NCBI GenBank assembly: GCA_027081145.1
Contig: JALWLB010000098.1
Span: 1-46,786 of the forward strand
DNA: 46,786 bases
Origin: Campylobacterales bacterium
GTDB lineage: Bacteria > Campylobacterota > Campylobacteria > Campylobacterales > QNZT01
Reading direction: 5' to 3'
In this document: positions 46,560-46,786 of the stretch, one piece after another
Layout of the letters: every line of letters begins with the position of its first letter
Position numbering within the stretch: position 1 is the stretch's first letter
Translations under genes and position numbers: made by a program
Notes under the pieces: model-generated
What the model was told of the DNA's origin: nothing
The model's input: the letters and a program-made list of their open reading frames with translations, nothing else
Databases searched by the model: none

Positions 46560-46786
<227 letters not shown>

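Overview
This is an AT-rich (roughly 70% A+T by eye), very tightly packed chromosomal segment. It looks like a core region of a Campylobacterota genome, probably Arcobacter-like. The main clue is the conserved block ispDF - HP1021/Cj1608-type orphan response regulator - ATP-sulfurylase-like gene - pgpA. I call about 45 CDS and one tRNA-Leu(CAA). Most genes are housekeeping: acnB, ftsK, flgL, hup, dnaJ, ribF, tlyA, truA, der, aroK, gltA, clpB, ispDF and the 5' end of thiC. There are also envelope and signalling genes: mscL, an MscS-type channel, mltG, an Lnt-like acyltransferase, an ABC exporter, a GGDEF protein and a CHASE2 cyclase. I found no transposase, integrase, phage genes, CRISPR array, rRNA or recognisable defence system. 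Four things deserve a second look. (1) The oriented word CTACATGAT(ATC) is hugely over-represented, with 17 exact 9-mers and six identical 12-mers, in several reading frames and in intergenic DNA. (2) Two GC-rich hairpin inverted-repeat elements with the same arms bracket a tetR-lnt-like two-gene module. (3) A divergent locus pairs a CHASE2 class III nucleotide cyclase with a FecR-domain protein carrying a TbpB-like barrel and a 923-aa mosaic lipoprotein (DUF1566 x4, Calx-beta, PKD). (4) Several gene-level oddities: a probable non-ATG ftsK start, an MscL-zinc-ribbon fusion, an extended NfnB, a degenerate ATP sulfurylase, and a receiver domain lacking the phospho-acceptor Asp. All protein calls come from motifs I recognise by eye in the supplied translations. 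No database search was possible, so family-level calls are firmer than specific functions.
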